Source: Phyllobates terribilis | Lineage: Eukaryota | Assembly (NCBI RefSeq): GCF_046119375.1 | Contig: NW_027362770.1 | Coordinates: 182,280,001-182,344,000, forward strand | Reading direction: 5' to 3' | Length of the DNA: 64,000 bases | Part shown: positions 38,812 through 52,183 of the stretch, one piece after another | Layout of the letters: each line of letters opens with the position of its first letter | Position numbering within the stretch: the stretch's first letter is position 1 | Position numbers and translations under genes: made by a program | The notes under the pieces: generated by a model | Databases searched by the model: none | Told to the model about the DNA's origin: nothing | The model's input: only the letters and a program-made list of their open reading frames with translations

Positions 38812-41800
38812 TAGTGTTGTGCCACCCCCGTAGTGTTCGGGTTCGGTTCGTCTAACACCGGAATGTTCGAGGAACTGTTCGTCGAACTGTTCGTCGAACA
38901 CCGTTAAAACCAATGGCAGGCAAACAAAAACACATAGAAACACATAGAAAACACCTTCAAAGGTGTCCTAAAGCTGACAAACTGCTCAGAAGACGCTTTC
39001 TTTAAAAAAGCCGGCCGGCAATTCAGCAGCGGCATACACCGGTACCCGACAATTTAGACAAGAAGGAATAGAGCCTCACACATAGATTAGATAGATAGAA
39101 ACATGTCAGTCACATATATATGAAGTACAGTGACAGTGTTGCTTACTGTACTTGTCATTTAGTGTAAAGGATTTATTAAAAAATATAATAGTGTTTTCAT
39201 GCACTGTCTCTTTAAAAAAGCCGGCCGGCAATTCAGCATCTGTACCCGACAATTTATAACAGACAGAATAGAGCTTCACACATAGATTAGATAGATAGAA
39301 ACATGTCAGTCACATATATATGAAGTACAGTGATAGTGTTGGTTACTGTACTTGTCATTTAGTATTAAAATAAAGGATTTATTATTAAAAAAATTGGCGT
39401 GGGGTTCCCCTTAATTTTAGTCTCTAGCGGAGGTTAAGCAGACGGCTGGGGCAGATGTTTGAAGCCTGGGAAGGGGGTAATACCCACGGAGCTTCCCAGG
39501 CTACTAATATCAGCCCCCAACTGAATACATAGCCTTTACTAGCTATTAAAATGGGGGACCCCCCCAAAAGAATGACGTGGGGTCCCCCCTAATTTAATAG
39601 CTAGCAAAGGCTAGGCAGACAGCTGGGGGCTGATATTAATAGCCCAGGAAGAGAGCCATAAATATTGGCCCCCTCCCAGGCTAGAAACACCAGCCGTCAG
39701 CCGCCCCAGAAATGGCGCATTCATAGGATGCGCCAATTCTGGCACTTAGCCTCGCTCTTCCACGCTGCCCTGTAGCGGTGGCAGGGGGTAATAGGGCTGG
39801 GGTTGATGTCAGCTTATAATGCCAGCTGACATCAAGCCCAGGTTAGTAATGGAGAGGCGTCTATAAGACACCCCCATTACTAACCCCATAGTCAAAGTTA
39901 AAAGAAAACACAAACACCCAGAATAAAGTCCTTTAATTGAAATAAAGACACAATCCTTTATTGTTCTAAATTAAACCATACTTACCATCACGCCCATTCC
40001 AGCTGAAGCCAACGATCTCCTGCAATAAAAGAAAAATAATAAAGCAACCTCATCCTTACCTTTCCATGGTTCCCACGACAGCTTCAGCTCTGCTACATCG
40101 AGATGACAGGCTGGACCGCAGCAGAACGCTGCCATCCAGCCTGTCATCCCGCAGACACTGAGAAGCGCAGGCATGCTTGCGCTCTGCAGTGTCTGGCTGT
40201 GACGGCATAAAGATGAGACGAGTTCATGTCCAATGAACTCGGCGCACCTCATGCACGTCACTGACAGCGTGGGAAAATTCTCACGCTGAAGCGCTGAGTG
40301 CAGGAGAATTCTCCCACGCTGTCAGTGACGTGCATAAGGTGAGCTCATGTCCAATGAACTCAGCTCACCTCCTGCACGTCACTGACAGCGTGGGAGAATT
40401 CTCCTGCACTCAGCGCTTCAGCGTGAGAATTCTCCCACGCTGAAGCGCTGAGTGCAGGAGAATTTTCCCACGCTGTCAGTGACGTGCATGAGGTGAGCCG
40501 AGTTCATTGGACATTAACTCGGCTCATCTGGATGCCCTCACAGAGAGACACTGTGGAGCGCAAGCAAGCCTGCGCTTCTCAGTGTCTGCGGGATGACAGG
40601 CTGGATGGCAGCGTTCTGCTGCGGTCCAGCCTGTCATCTCGATGTAGCAGAGCTGAAGCTGTCATGGGAACCATGGAAAGGTAAGGATGATGTTGCTTTA
40701 TTATTTTTCTTTTATTTCAGGAGATCGTTGGCTTCAGCTGGAATGGGCGTGATGGTAAGTATGGTTTAATTTAGAACAATAAAGAATTGTGTGTTTATTT
40801 CAATTAAAGGACTTTTTTCTGGGTGTTGTGTTTTTTTTAAATACTTTACTAGAAATTCATGGTGGTCATGTCTAATATTGGCGTGACCCCATGAATTTTG
40901 GGCTTAGGGCCAGCTGATAATGCCAAGCTGGCCCTAACCCCTTTATTACCCAGTGAGCCACCGCATCAGGGCCCTGGATGAGTTGGGTACAGCGCCAGAA
41001 GATGGCGCTTCTATGAACGCGCCATTTTCCGGGGTGGCTGCGGACTGCAATTTGCAGCGGGGGTGGCCCAGAAAGCTTGGGTCTCCCTGCGCTGCAGATT
41101 CCAGCCCCCAGCTGCCTAGTTGTACCTGGCTGGACACAAAAACAGGGCGAAGCCCCACGTCAATTTTCTTTAAATTATTTCATGAAATAATTAAGAAAAA
41201 AAGGGCTTCCCTATATTGTTGTGTCCGGCCAGGTACAAATAGGCAGCTGGTGGTTGGGGGCAGCCCGTTCCTGCCTGCTGCACCTGACTGGACACAAATA
41301 TAGTGCGAAGCCCCACGTCAATTTTTTTTTAATTATTTCATGAATTTCATGAAATAATTTAAAAAAAAATACGTGGGGCTTCGCCCTATTTTTGTGTCCA
41401 GCCAGGTACAACTAGGCAGCTGGGGGCTGGAATCTGCAGCGCAGGGAGGCCCAAGCTTTCTGGGTCCCCCCCGCTGCAAATTGCAGTCCGCAGCCACCCC
41501 GGAAAATGGCGCGTTCATAGAAGCGCCATCTTCTGGCGCTGTACCCAACTCATCCAGGGCCCTGGTGCGGTGGCTCACTGGGTAATAAAGGGGTTAGGGC
41601 CAGCTTGGTATTATCAGCTGGCCCCAAGCCCAAAATTCATGGGGTCACGCCAGTATTAGACATGACCACCATGAATTTCTAGTAAAGTATTTAAAAAAAA
41701 CACAACACCCAGAATAAAGTCCTTTAATTGAAATAAACACACAATTCTTTATTGTTCTAAATTAAACTATACTTACCATCACGCCCATTCCAGCTGAGGC

Positions 41801-43668
41801 CAACGATCTCCTGCAATAAAAGAAAAATAATAAACCAACCTCATCCTTACCTTTCCATGGTTCCCACGACAGCTTCAGCTCTGCTACATCGAGATGACAG
41901 GCTGGACCGCAGCAGAACGCTGCCATCCAGCCTGTCATCCCACAGACACTGAGAAGAGCAGGCATGCTTGCGCTCCTCAGTGTCTCGCTGTGACGGCATC
42001 CAGATGAGCCGAGGTCATGTCCAATGAACTCGGCTCACCTCATGCACGTCACTGACAGCGTGGGAAAATTCTCACGCTGAAGTGCTGAGTGCAGGAGAAT
42101 TCTCCCACGCTGTCAGTGACGTGCATAAGGTGAGCTCATGTCCAATGAACTCAGCTCACCTCATGCACCTCACTGACAGCGTGGGAAAATTCTCCTGGAC
42201 TCAGCGCTTCAGCGTGAGAATTCTCCCACGCTGTAAGTGACGTGCATGAGGTGAGCCGAGTTCATTGGACATGACCTCGGCTCATCTTTATGCCGTCACA
42301 GAGAGACAATGTGGAGCGCAAGCATGCCTGCGCTTCTCAGTGTCTGCGGGATGACAGGCTGGATGGCAGCGTTCTGCTGCGGTCCAGCCTGTCATCTCGA
42401 TGTAGCAGAGCTGGACCCGTCCTGGGAACCATGGAGAGGTAAGGATGAGGTTGCTTTATTATTTTTCTTTTATTGCAGGAGATCGTTGGCTTCAGCTGGA
42501 ATGGGCGTGACGGTAAGTATGGTTTAATTTAGAACAATAAAGAATTGTGTCTTTATTTCAATTAAAGGACTTTATTCTGGGTGTTTGTGTTTTTTTTAAC
42601 TTTGACTATGGGGTTAGTAATGGGGGTGTCTTATAGACGCCTCTCCATTACTAACCTGGGCTTGATGTCAGCTGGCATTATAAGCTGACATCAACCCCAG
42701 CCCTATTACCCCCTGCCACCGCTACAGGGCAGCGTGGAAGAGCGAGGCTAAGTGCCAGAATTGGCGCATCCTATGAATGCGCCATTTCTGGGGCGGCTGA
42801 CGGCTGGTGTTTCTAGCCTGGGAGGGGGCCAATATTCATGGCTCCCTTCCTGGGCTATTAATATCAGCCCCCAGCTGTCTGCCTAGCCTTTGCTAGCTAT
42901 TAAATTAGGGGGGACCCCACGTCATTTTTTTGGGGGGGTCCCCCATTTTAATAGCTAGTAAAGGCTATGTATTCAGTTGGGGGCTGATATTAGTAGGATT
43001 TAATAATAAATCCTTTATTTTAATACTAAATGACAAGTACAGTAACCAACACTATCACTGTACTTCATATATATGTGACTGACATGTTTCTATCTATCTA
43101 ATCTATGTGTGATTCTCTATTCCTTCTATTCTAAATTGTTGGGTACAGATGCTGAATTGCCGGCCGGCTTTTTTAAAGAGACGGTGCATGAAAACACTAT
43201 TATTTTTTTTGATAAATCCTTTACGCTAAATGACAAGTACAGTAAGCAGCACTTTCACTGTACTTCGTATATATGTGGCTGACATGTTTCTATCTATCTA
43301 ATCTATGTGTGAAGCTCTATTCTTTCGGTTCTAAATTGTCGGGTACCGGTGTATGCCGCTGCTGAATTGCCGGCTTTTCATGTTTCACTGTTGGCACTGT
43401 TCCCATCGATTTGGGCAATCACTGTAATGCCACAACCACCATGGCTGTGGCATTACAGTGAGTGGCAGACAATCCCTGCATGATTGGTGCTCTAAATAGC
43501 ACCAGACATGCAGGACACGCTTTTGGTGCATGAACAGTTATCGAACATAACCTCGAACAGCCGAATTTTTTGCAAATCGTTCGGGTTCGTCGAACAACTC
43601 GAACACCGCCCAAAACAGCTCGAATTTGAGATTGGCGAACAGTTCTAGTCGAACACCGCTCATCTCTA
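38812..43668. mobile_element. hAT-like non-autonomous element containing a ~4.4 kb nested palindrome, copy A
   Basis: Termini TAGTGTTG(T/A)GC and GCTCATCTCTA; 8-bp flanks ATAAAAAT (38804-38811) and ATAATAAT (43669-43676); palindrome about 39010-43378. Confidence 0.78.
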
Positions 43669-44414
43669 ATAATAATGCATTGTGCGCCGGTGGTGCACAT
43701 CTCTGCTCTGGAAGCTTTCCTGGAGCTCTGCAGCCGTTAAAACAGAACGGGCGCACAGCTCCGGGGGACCTCCCTCCGCCACTTCTGTGATGCGCTGGTG
43801 ACGGCGCCTAAATGATGAAGTCATCGCGTAGCCGACGGCATGTACACGTGCCAGGCTACCAGTCCAAAAGTGGAGCTGCAAGGGATCGTATGAGAGGTAA
43901 GTATGGCATTTTTTTTAAATACAATTAACTAAATTGTAACAGCAAATAATGATGCATTGTGGGTGAGGGATGGGGAACAGTAAATAATGATGTATTGAGG
44001 TGGGGAGCACAAATAATGATGAATTGGGGGTGGAGGAAAGCAAATGTTGAATTGAGGGTGGGGGATGTGGACAGTAAATGATGAAATAAGGTTGGGGTAC
44101 AGGGGAAAGCAAATGATGTATTGAAGGGGGGGGGACAGGTGACAGCAAATGACGTATTGAAGGTAGGGGACGGGGGACAGAAAATGATGAATTAAGGGTG
44201 GAGGACGGGCAGGGCTGCCACCAGGAATTTCAGAGCCCAATACTGGCAACATTTTCGAGCACCCTTGAGCTCCATTCAGGCTACACCACCGCTCCGCCTC
44301 CAACCCAGGGGCGGCTCCAGGTTCTTGTGGGCCCCTTTAACACATACCACGATTCATGGTGCACAGATACCGCAGAGAAATATATATATCTAACAGTCTA
44401 TTCAGTGGGACTAT

Positions 44415-44791
44415 CAGCTGTGTATCCACCTGACTTCTGCACAACACAACTGATGGTCCCCAACCCCATTTATAAGGCAAGAAATCCCACTTATTAAACC
44501 TGACAGGGCACACCTGTGAAGTGAAGACCATTTCTGGTGACTACCTCTTGAAGCTCATCAAGAGAATGCCAAGAGTGTGCAAAGCAGTCATCAAAGCAAA
44601 AGGTGGCTACTTTGAAGAACCTAGAATATAACACATATTTTCAGTTGTTTCACACTTTTTTGTTAAGTATATAATTCCACATGTGGTAATTCATAGTTTT
44701 GATGCCTTCAGTGTGAATGTACAATTTTCATAGTCAAGAAAATACAGAAAAATCTTTAAATGAGGTGTGTCCAAACTTTTGGTCTGTACTG
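44415..44791. mobile_element. Tc1-type element, right end; copy at about 57890-58265
   Basis: Ends GAGGTGTGTCCAAACTTTTGGTCTGTACTG followed by TA; includes transposase C-terminal remnant KLIKRMPRVCKAVIKAKGGYFEE. Confidence 0.75.
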
Positions 44792-44944
44792 TAGTAAAAG
44801 GCCAAAGTTTTCACTTCTCACATTACATGAGCGATATCTATTGTAAATTCCACAATAGTTCAGAAACCGGCGAATCGCTCCACACAGAAAACAGGCCCCC
44901 ATAAAATGCTCCGCAATGCCTCATGCAGGCTGTTCCCCCCACAT

Positions 44945-45110
44945 AATGCCCCATGAAGGATGTCACCCCCCTCCCTTATAATGCCCCATGCAGGATGTCA
45001 CCCCCCTACCTTATAATGCCCCATGCAGGATGTCACTTGCCCCCCCCTTTATATAATGCCCCATGCAGGATCAGAAAGTCACCCCTCCCTTATAATGCCC
45101 CATGCCTCCA
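44945..45110. repeat. ~30-bp minisatellite (TTATAATGCCCCATGCAGGATGTCACCCC)
   Basis: About five tandem units; copy at about 58420-58585. Confidence 0.8.
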
Positions 45111-45789
45111 TACATTAAAAAAAAAAATCAAATACTTACCTCACTTCTTATCTTCTGCTGCTGCTCTGGACTCCAGTGTCGCCGGCGTCTTCCCGCTCTG
45201 CGCTGTGAATGCTCAGGAGAGGGCACGGTGGAAAGACGTCACCTCGCCCTCTGACCTGAGACGTCACAGTCAGAGGACGCGGAAGACACCGGAGCTGCTG
45301 CGGAGGCACAGGGAGGGGTAAGTATTGTGCCGGCTGCCGGGGGCCCTGTGCAAGCGGAGGGGAGCGGGCGCTGACCCTGCTCTCCTCCGCTCACGGGTCC
45401 GAAAGCGTGGCGGGTTGCCCAATGGCGAGTGGGCCCCCCCGCCTGTTCAGGACCCTGGCACTTGCCCGGGTGCTGGCGCCGGGCCTGCTCCAATCCTCAA
45501 ACCTTCCACAGCCCCTCTGCCCACTCTTGGAAAAACTCCACTTCTGCACCACATCCTCACCATTCACACATTAACAGTTCCAATCAAACACCATATCAAA
45601 CACATAGCCATCAGCTTTTGTTTTGGCCAAAAGATTTTTTAACCCGCGACCACGACAAGGTAGACTCTTTTGGCAGGGCCCTACTCTGCTCTAGCCTATT
45701 AAAAATTAGTTAAAATATTCAATACTCTTTTTAGGTATATTTTTATTTTTCTTTAAGGGAATGTGTCACATATATTTTTAAAAATTACC

Positions 45790-46165
45790 AATACTACCAT
45801 ATACAAGGAACAAATACCACCACACCGTGACCCAACCAAATATTACCACCACATAGTAACCGAATAATACCACATGCAAGAAAATACTGCCACACAATGA
45901 CCAGATCACATATTTACACCACATAGTGACCGAATAATATCAAATACAGGTGACAAATACCACCACATCATGACCAGACCACATATTACAACCACATAGT
46001 GACCGAATAATACCACATACAAGAAAATACTGCCACACAATGACCAGATCACATATTACCACGTCATAGTGACCTAATAATACTACATACAGGCAACAAA
46101 TACCACCACACCATGACAAAACCACATATTACCACCACATAATGACTGAATACTACAATAGTGAA
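45790..46165. repeat. AC-rich minisatellite (ATACCACCACA...ATGACCAGACCACATATT)
   Basis: Imperfect tandem units; copy at about 59255-59630. Confidence 0.75.
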
Positions 46166-46190
46166 CATTAATAAAAAAAAACGATATTAA

Positions 46191-46978
46191 TCTATATATA
46201 TAATCGTCTTATCCCATCTGTCTGTCCAGGAAATCCCGCGTCGCTCATTGGTCCGGCGGCGGCCAATCAGCGACGAGGGATTTCAGAAAAAAGATGGCGG
46301 CCGTTAGCGGCTCATCTGCTGGACGGAGGTCAGCGGCGATGCTGCGGGGAGATGAGCGACGCTAGCAGCAGAACTACCCCGACCGGCGCCGCTGACCTCC
46401 TTGTGGCTAACGTCGGAAATTCAGCGCCTTGGCCCGCTGATCTCCCGACAGCAAGTGTGAACGGAGGACCAGGTAGCGGTGCCGCCGGTCGGGATGCTTC
46501 TGCTGCGAGCAGCCGCTCATGTCCCGGCTTCTCGCAGCAGAAGGAGCCGCACATGCAGCGCTGCTCCCGGGTCCACACTAAGACGATGCTGATTGGTCGC
46601 GGCCGGCCACCGCAACCATTCAGCAGAGCGGCGTTTAAATTTGCCGCCTATATCGCTGATTGGTTGCGGTGGTCGGCCGCGACCAATCAGCAGAGCGGCG
46701 TTTACATTTTCCACCCATCTCGCTGATTGGTCAGCGATATGGGCGGCAAATTTAAACGCCGCTCTGCTGATTGGTTGCGGTGGCCGGCCGACCGCGACCA
46801 ATCAGCGGTATGGGCGGCAAATTTAAACGCCGCTCTGCTGATTGGTCGCGACTGCTGGCCGACCGCGACCAATCAGCGAGATTGGCGCCAAATTTAAACA
46901 ACTTTCTGCTCATTGCGCCCGGTCGGCCGCATACATATTCTAGAATACCCGATGCGTTCTAATCGGGCCACCATCTAG
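46191..46978 (+). mobile_element. Complete non-autonomous Helitron
   Basis: A|TCTATATATATAATC ... CCCGAT-ATCGGG hairpin, CCACCATCTAG|T; inserted at AT without target duplication. Confidence 0.88.
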
Positions 46979-46984
46979 TATTAC

Positions 46985-47640
46985 AATAAGTGCCATTATA
47001 CACACAAGCTCTATATATAGTGTCAATGTACAGATAATACAGTGATCACTGGTGATATTATACACAGGAGCTCTGTATATAGTGACAGTGTAGAGGTAAT
47101 ACAGGGATCAACAGTGACATTATACACAGGAGCTCTGTATATAGAGTATAGTGTACAGGTAATACAGTGATCATCAGTGACATTATACACAGTATCTCTG
47201 TACATAGTGTAAGTGTACAGGTAATACAGTGATCACTGGTGACATTTTACACAGAAGCTCTATCGACTGTATACTATATACAGTGCAAGTGTACCTACTG
47301 TATCCTCACCCATCCCTTGTAGACTGTGAGGCGTCGTGGGCAGGGTCCTCTCTATTCCTGTACCAGTCGATGACATGCATTATTCAAGATTATTGTACTT
47401 GCTTTTTATTATGCATACCCCATTTTCACATGTAAAGCACCATGGGATAAATGGCACTAAAATAATAAATCATAATATAGTGTACAGGTAATACAATGAT
47501 GACGGGTGACATTATGCACAGTAACTCTGTGTATAGTGTACAGGTAATAGTGATCACCAATGACAGTATACACAGGAGCTCTGTACATAGTATACAGTCT
47601 ATAGTGTAAGTGTACAGGTAACACATTGACTCACAAGTGA
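46985..47640. repeat. ~55-60 bp satellite (TGTACAGGTAATACAGTGATCACTGGTGACATTATACACAGG) split by an L2 tail (about 47295-47470)
   Basis: Tandem units on both sides of the L2-tail fragment; copy at about 60450-61105. Confidence 0.75.
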
Positions 47641-47830
47641 TGTCTTTAGTTGAAGTCCTTAATCTTCATTTTTCCTCTTCATTCAGCGCAGCCCGCCATC
47701 ACTTCTTCCAGACAGGACTCATCTCTACAGAAAATAACACACAGTTATCTAGAGCACCGCTTCCAGAGAACATTCCCCACTCCCCCCCAACTTCTACACT
47801 ATGCAGCTGAGTACAGACATGCACCCACCA

Positions 47831-48993
47831 TCTACTATATAATTGTCTTATCCCGTCTGTCTGTCTGTCTAGGAAATCCCGCGTCGCTCATTGGTCCGGC
47901 AGCGGCCAATCAGCGTCGCGGGATTTCAGAAAAAAGATGGCGGCCGTTAGCGGCTCATCTGCGGGACGGAGCTCAGTGGCGTTGCAGCCGGGAGATGAGC
48001 GCCGCGAGGCGCTCATCTCCCAGCCGGTACCAGCAGAAGGACCCCGACCGCCGGAACCATCTGCGGGACGGAGATGCAGCCGGGAGATGAGCGGCGCGAG
48101 GCGCTCATGTCCCGGCCGGCAGCAGCGGAAGGACCGCCGGCGTCGCTGACATCCATGCGGAAGGGAGGACCGGGGCTGCGGGTCGGGATACTTCTGCTGC
48201 GAGCGCCCGCTTATGTCCCGGGTTCTCGCAGCAGAAGTAGCCGCACAGGCAGCGCCGCTCCCCGGTCCTCACCAAGACGATTCGATGATTGGTCGCGGTC
48301 TTCGGACACGACCAATCACAGATCTTAGCGCAAAAGTTAAATACCGCTGTGCTGATTGGTCTCGGATGCAGCCCGCGACCAATCACCGATTTGGGCGCCA
48401 AATTTAAATATCGGCCGCGACCAATCAGTACAGTAGTGGTTAACTTTAGCCGCAAGATCAGTGATTGGTCGCGGGCCAAGACCGCGACCAATCGCCGATT
48501 TGTGCGGCACATTTAAATAGCGGCCGCGACCAATTGGATGTCAGCGCCGCTCCCCGGTCCTCCCTTCACACCCTAGCCGCATGGATGTCAGCGGCGCTGC
48601 CTGTGCGGCTACTTCCGCTGCGAGAACCCGGGACATGAGCTGGCGCTCGCAGCAGAAGTATCCCGACCCGCAGCGCCGCTCCCCGGTCCTCCCTTCACAC
48701 CCTAGCCGCTGATGTCCCCACAGTATCCGCATGGTGTTACAAAGGTCCGGACATTTGTGTTAAAAATCGCTGATTGGTCGCTGGCGCTGCCCGCGACCAA
48801 TCACCGATTTGGGCGCCAAATTTAAATATCGCCCACGACCAATCACCGATCTTGGCTCCACATTTAAACACCGCTGTACTGATTGGTCGCAGACGCTATT
48901 TAAATGTGGCGCCAAAATCGGTGATTGGTCGCGCCCAGCGTCGGCGACCAATCAGCACAGCGGTGTTTAAATGTGGAGCCAAGATCGGTGATC
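47831..48993 (+). mobile_element. Helitron of the same family, 3'-truncated
   Basis: A|TCTACTATATAATTGTC 5' end and CCAAT arrays; about 500 bp longer in tandem copy 2 (61295-62765). Confidence 0.75.
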
Positions 48994-49710
48994 AAGCATA
49001 AAAATTCTCTCCCTAAAAACTGCCTTCCTGGTCTCCATAACGACAGCAAGACGGAAAGGGGAGATACAAGCATTTTCTATCAAAGATCCATACCTAAGGA
49101 TCCTAGATGACTGCATTAACCTTAGGCTAGATCCAGATTGATGCCAAAAGTAGTAACAACTTTCCACATGAGCCAGGAGATAGTCCTACCCTCTTTTTTC
49201 CAACACCATAAAAATAGTCAAGAACCGACTTTTCACTCCCTAGACGTCAGAAGAGTAATCCTCTAATACCTGGAAACAACAAAGGACTGGCGAATAGATC
49301 CCAATCTGTTCATACAGTTTGCAGGTAAAAACGGGGAAAAAGATGTCAAAAGCAACACTGGCAAAGTGGGTTAGTCAGTGATCAGCCTGGCCTATTCTTC
49401 CAAAGGAAGATCTCCTTCGGATAACACAAGAGCCCATTCTGCTAGAGCGGTGGCCACATCATGGGCCGAACGAGCAGGGGCCTCAGTGGACCAAATCTGC
49501 AGAGATGCAACATGGACAAATCTTAACACCTTTTGCAGACACTATAAACTGGACATTTTATCAGGCCAAAAAATGGCCTTCAGAAGAAAGGTCCTCCAGG
49601 CAGTAGTTTCGCCCTGAATGTATACTCTGGTGTTCTCCTGATGGTGCTGTCAGGAGGGACGTCCTGGAAAGTAGGCATTAGTCCTACCGGGAATAGGTTT
49701 TTCATGCAAA
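48994..49710 (+). mobile_element. Degenerate DIRS tyrosine recombinase plus ICR
   Basis: ITTARRKGEIQAFS, RAHSARAVATSWAE, FCRHYKLD; GATGGTGCTGTCAGGAG downstream; longer copy at about 62770-63670. Confidence 0.8.
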
Positions 49711-49739
49711 TCATGCATTGGGGCCTGACAGACTGTAGT

Positions 49740-50420
49740 TACCCCACTGCTCCCAAGACCTCCTCCTCTCCTCCACACTCATACGTTCCTCACCCAATTG
49801 CCTCCAACACTTCTCCCGAGTGTCCCCCATCATCTGGAATTCTGTGCCCCAACACATCACTATCTCTTCAGGAAGGCTTACAGCCTGCAATGTCCCACCA
49901 TCGAAGCTATCGCAACCCCCTACACTACGGTCTCCTCCTCATTATCCTGTATACTGTAACCCCACAAGGGCAGGGCCCTCTCCTTCCTGTACCAGTCTGT
50001 CATTGTGAGTTTGTTCACCGTGCTTAATATTTGCATCCTCTATGTAACCCCTTCTCATGTACAGACCATGGAATTACTGGTCCTCTAAACATAAATATTC
50101 ATAGTAATAAAACTTTTTATTTTTAATACAGATTCTTATATAGAGAAAAAACATGAAACAAAAAAAACACAAAGATCATTCTCTGATGACGGCTTCACCG
50201 TAACCTTATTATAACGGGAATTGCTGAGTATCAATGATTCATGTTCTCTCCTAAAGGTTTAGTGCCGGAGCGGCCTCTGCTGGTAACACCCAGTACTGCA
50301 CAGTAGATGGAGGCATTTTCTTAGTTCTGCCAGTAGGTGTCAGTAGCGCTCAGTGTCAGAGAAACCAGGAGAAGGAAAAGCAGAATCTGGGGAAATAGTA
50401 AGAAAGTACAAATACATGGA
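49740..50420. repeat. Inverted copy of the 7SL downstream flank (about 32375-33100)
   Basis: GGAGCGGCCTCTGCTGGTAACACCCAGTACTGCAC and neighbouring blocks match in reverse complement; cut by a Helitron at 50421. Confidence 0.85.
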
Positions 50421-50765
50421 TCTATATATATAATTGTCTTATCCCGTCCGTCTGTCTGTCTGTCTGTCCAGGAAATCCAGGGTCGCTCATTGGTCCGGCC
50501 GCTGTCTGTCCAGGAAATCCTGCGTCGCTCATTGGTCCGGCTGCGGCCAATCAGAGACGCGGGATTTGAGAAAAAAGATGGCGGGCGTTAGCGGCTCTTC
50601 TGCCGGACGGAGGTCAGCAGCGCTAGCAGCAGAACTACCCTAACCGGCGGCGCCGCTGACCTCCATGCGGCTAACGTCGAGAGATCAGCGGCTAGGACCG
50701 CTGATCTCCCGACGACAAGTGTGAACGGAGGACCAGCGCCGCCGGTCAGGATGCTTCTGCTGCGA
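50421..50765 (+). mobile_element. Helitron 5' fragment
   Basis: A|TCTATATATATAATTGTCTTATCCCG start; no 3' CTAG end. Confidence 0.75.
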
Positions 50766-51951
50766 TACTTTTTGGGGTATACAGTAGTATTTTGAGGGTA
50801 AAGCCCATCATGTGGCCGTATACAGCAGTATGTGGAGGTATCCTGCAGTGTTTGGGGCAGAGCAGCATATGAGGATTATACAGGCTCTACTGGAGGTATA
50901 CAGTATGGGGGTGAGAAGCAGATGGGTATACAGCACTAGATGAACGGTATTACCAAGGAAACTATTGTCTTTCAAATCTTCCATCTTGTTCCCTGAATTA
51001 ACCATGTGCATAGATTATTCTCCATGTCTCCCCCAACCTTGAAGAACAAGTTCTGTCCTCTGCATGGCTGCAGGCCATCTCCATTGTGCTGTCAGGACCA
51101 CCCTGAATACTTGCAATTCCTTTGTTTCCTGTCTATATAAACCTGTGTTAATAAGCAGAAATTTCCATTGCTATTATTTTGCAGATAACTGTATACAGTG
51201 TGTTTAAAACAATTGTGAAAAAGCTGAATCCTCGTAGCATTTCTTTCCATATACAGAGGCATTGGGAGCTATACCCTCAATTCCAAATGGAAACATGAAC
51301 AAGATGTCAATTTTTAAAATGATAATAATGCCTGCCTTCTCATTTACAAACTTAGATTTTACATTTGTTTCCAGACTTCACTTTTCTGTTAATAACTGAT
51401 CTTCTATTTAGTTGTATAGCCTTTATTTCTGATAACGGCTTTACATCTGTGTGGCATGGAGTCACTAACATCTGACCCAGGCTGACTGCACTACATTCCA
51501 CAGTTCTTTTGCATTCTTAGGTTTTGTATCAAAAACAGCATAACATGACATCAATCTTGTTGGTGTGGAACCAGGATGTTGCCCGCTTTCTGGTGTGCAT
51601 GAGGTCGTTGTCCTGCTGAAACTCCCATTTCAAGGGCATTTCCCATTCAGCATAAAGCAACATGATCTCTTCCAGTATTTTGATATATTCAAACTGGTAC
51701 ATGATGCCTGGTATGCGATAAATGGGCCCAACGCCACAGTATGAGAAACATCCCCAAACCAGTCTGGTTGCATCTCCATGTTTTACAGTCTTCACAGTGT
51801 ACCGTGGCTTGAATTTAGAGTTTGTGTCATCTCTCAAACTGTCTACGGCCTTTAGACCCAGTACAAGACAATCTTGCTCTCATCTGTCCATAGAATGTTG
51901 CGCCACTTCTCTTTAGTCCAGTCAATGTGTTTTTTGGCAAACTGTAATTTA

Positions 51952-52183
51952 TATGTGTACAAGGTGCTGAAGCAGGTCCACCCCGACATCTCCTCCAAGG
52001 CCATGGGCTTCATGAACTCCTTCATCAATGACATCTTTGAGCGCATTGCAGGGGAAGCCTCCCGCCTGGCTCACTCCAACAAGCGCTCCACCATCACCCC
52101 CCGAGAGATCCAGACCGCTGTGCGCCTGCTGCTGCCCGGAGAGCTGGCCAAGCACGCCGTGTCCAAGGGCACAAAGAGCCACC
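51952..52183 (+). pseudogene. H2B: H2B histone-fold fragment, copy B
   Basis: Same translated sequence and junctions as 37326-37557 at offset 14626. Confidence 0.9.
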
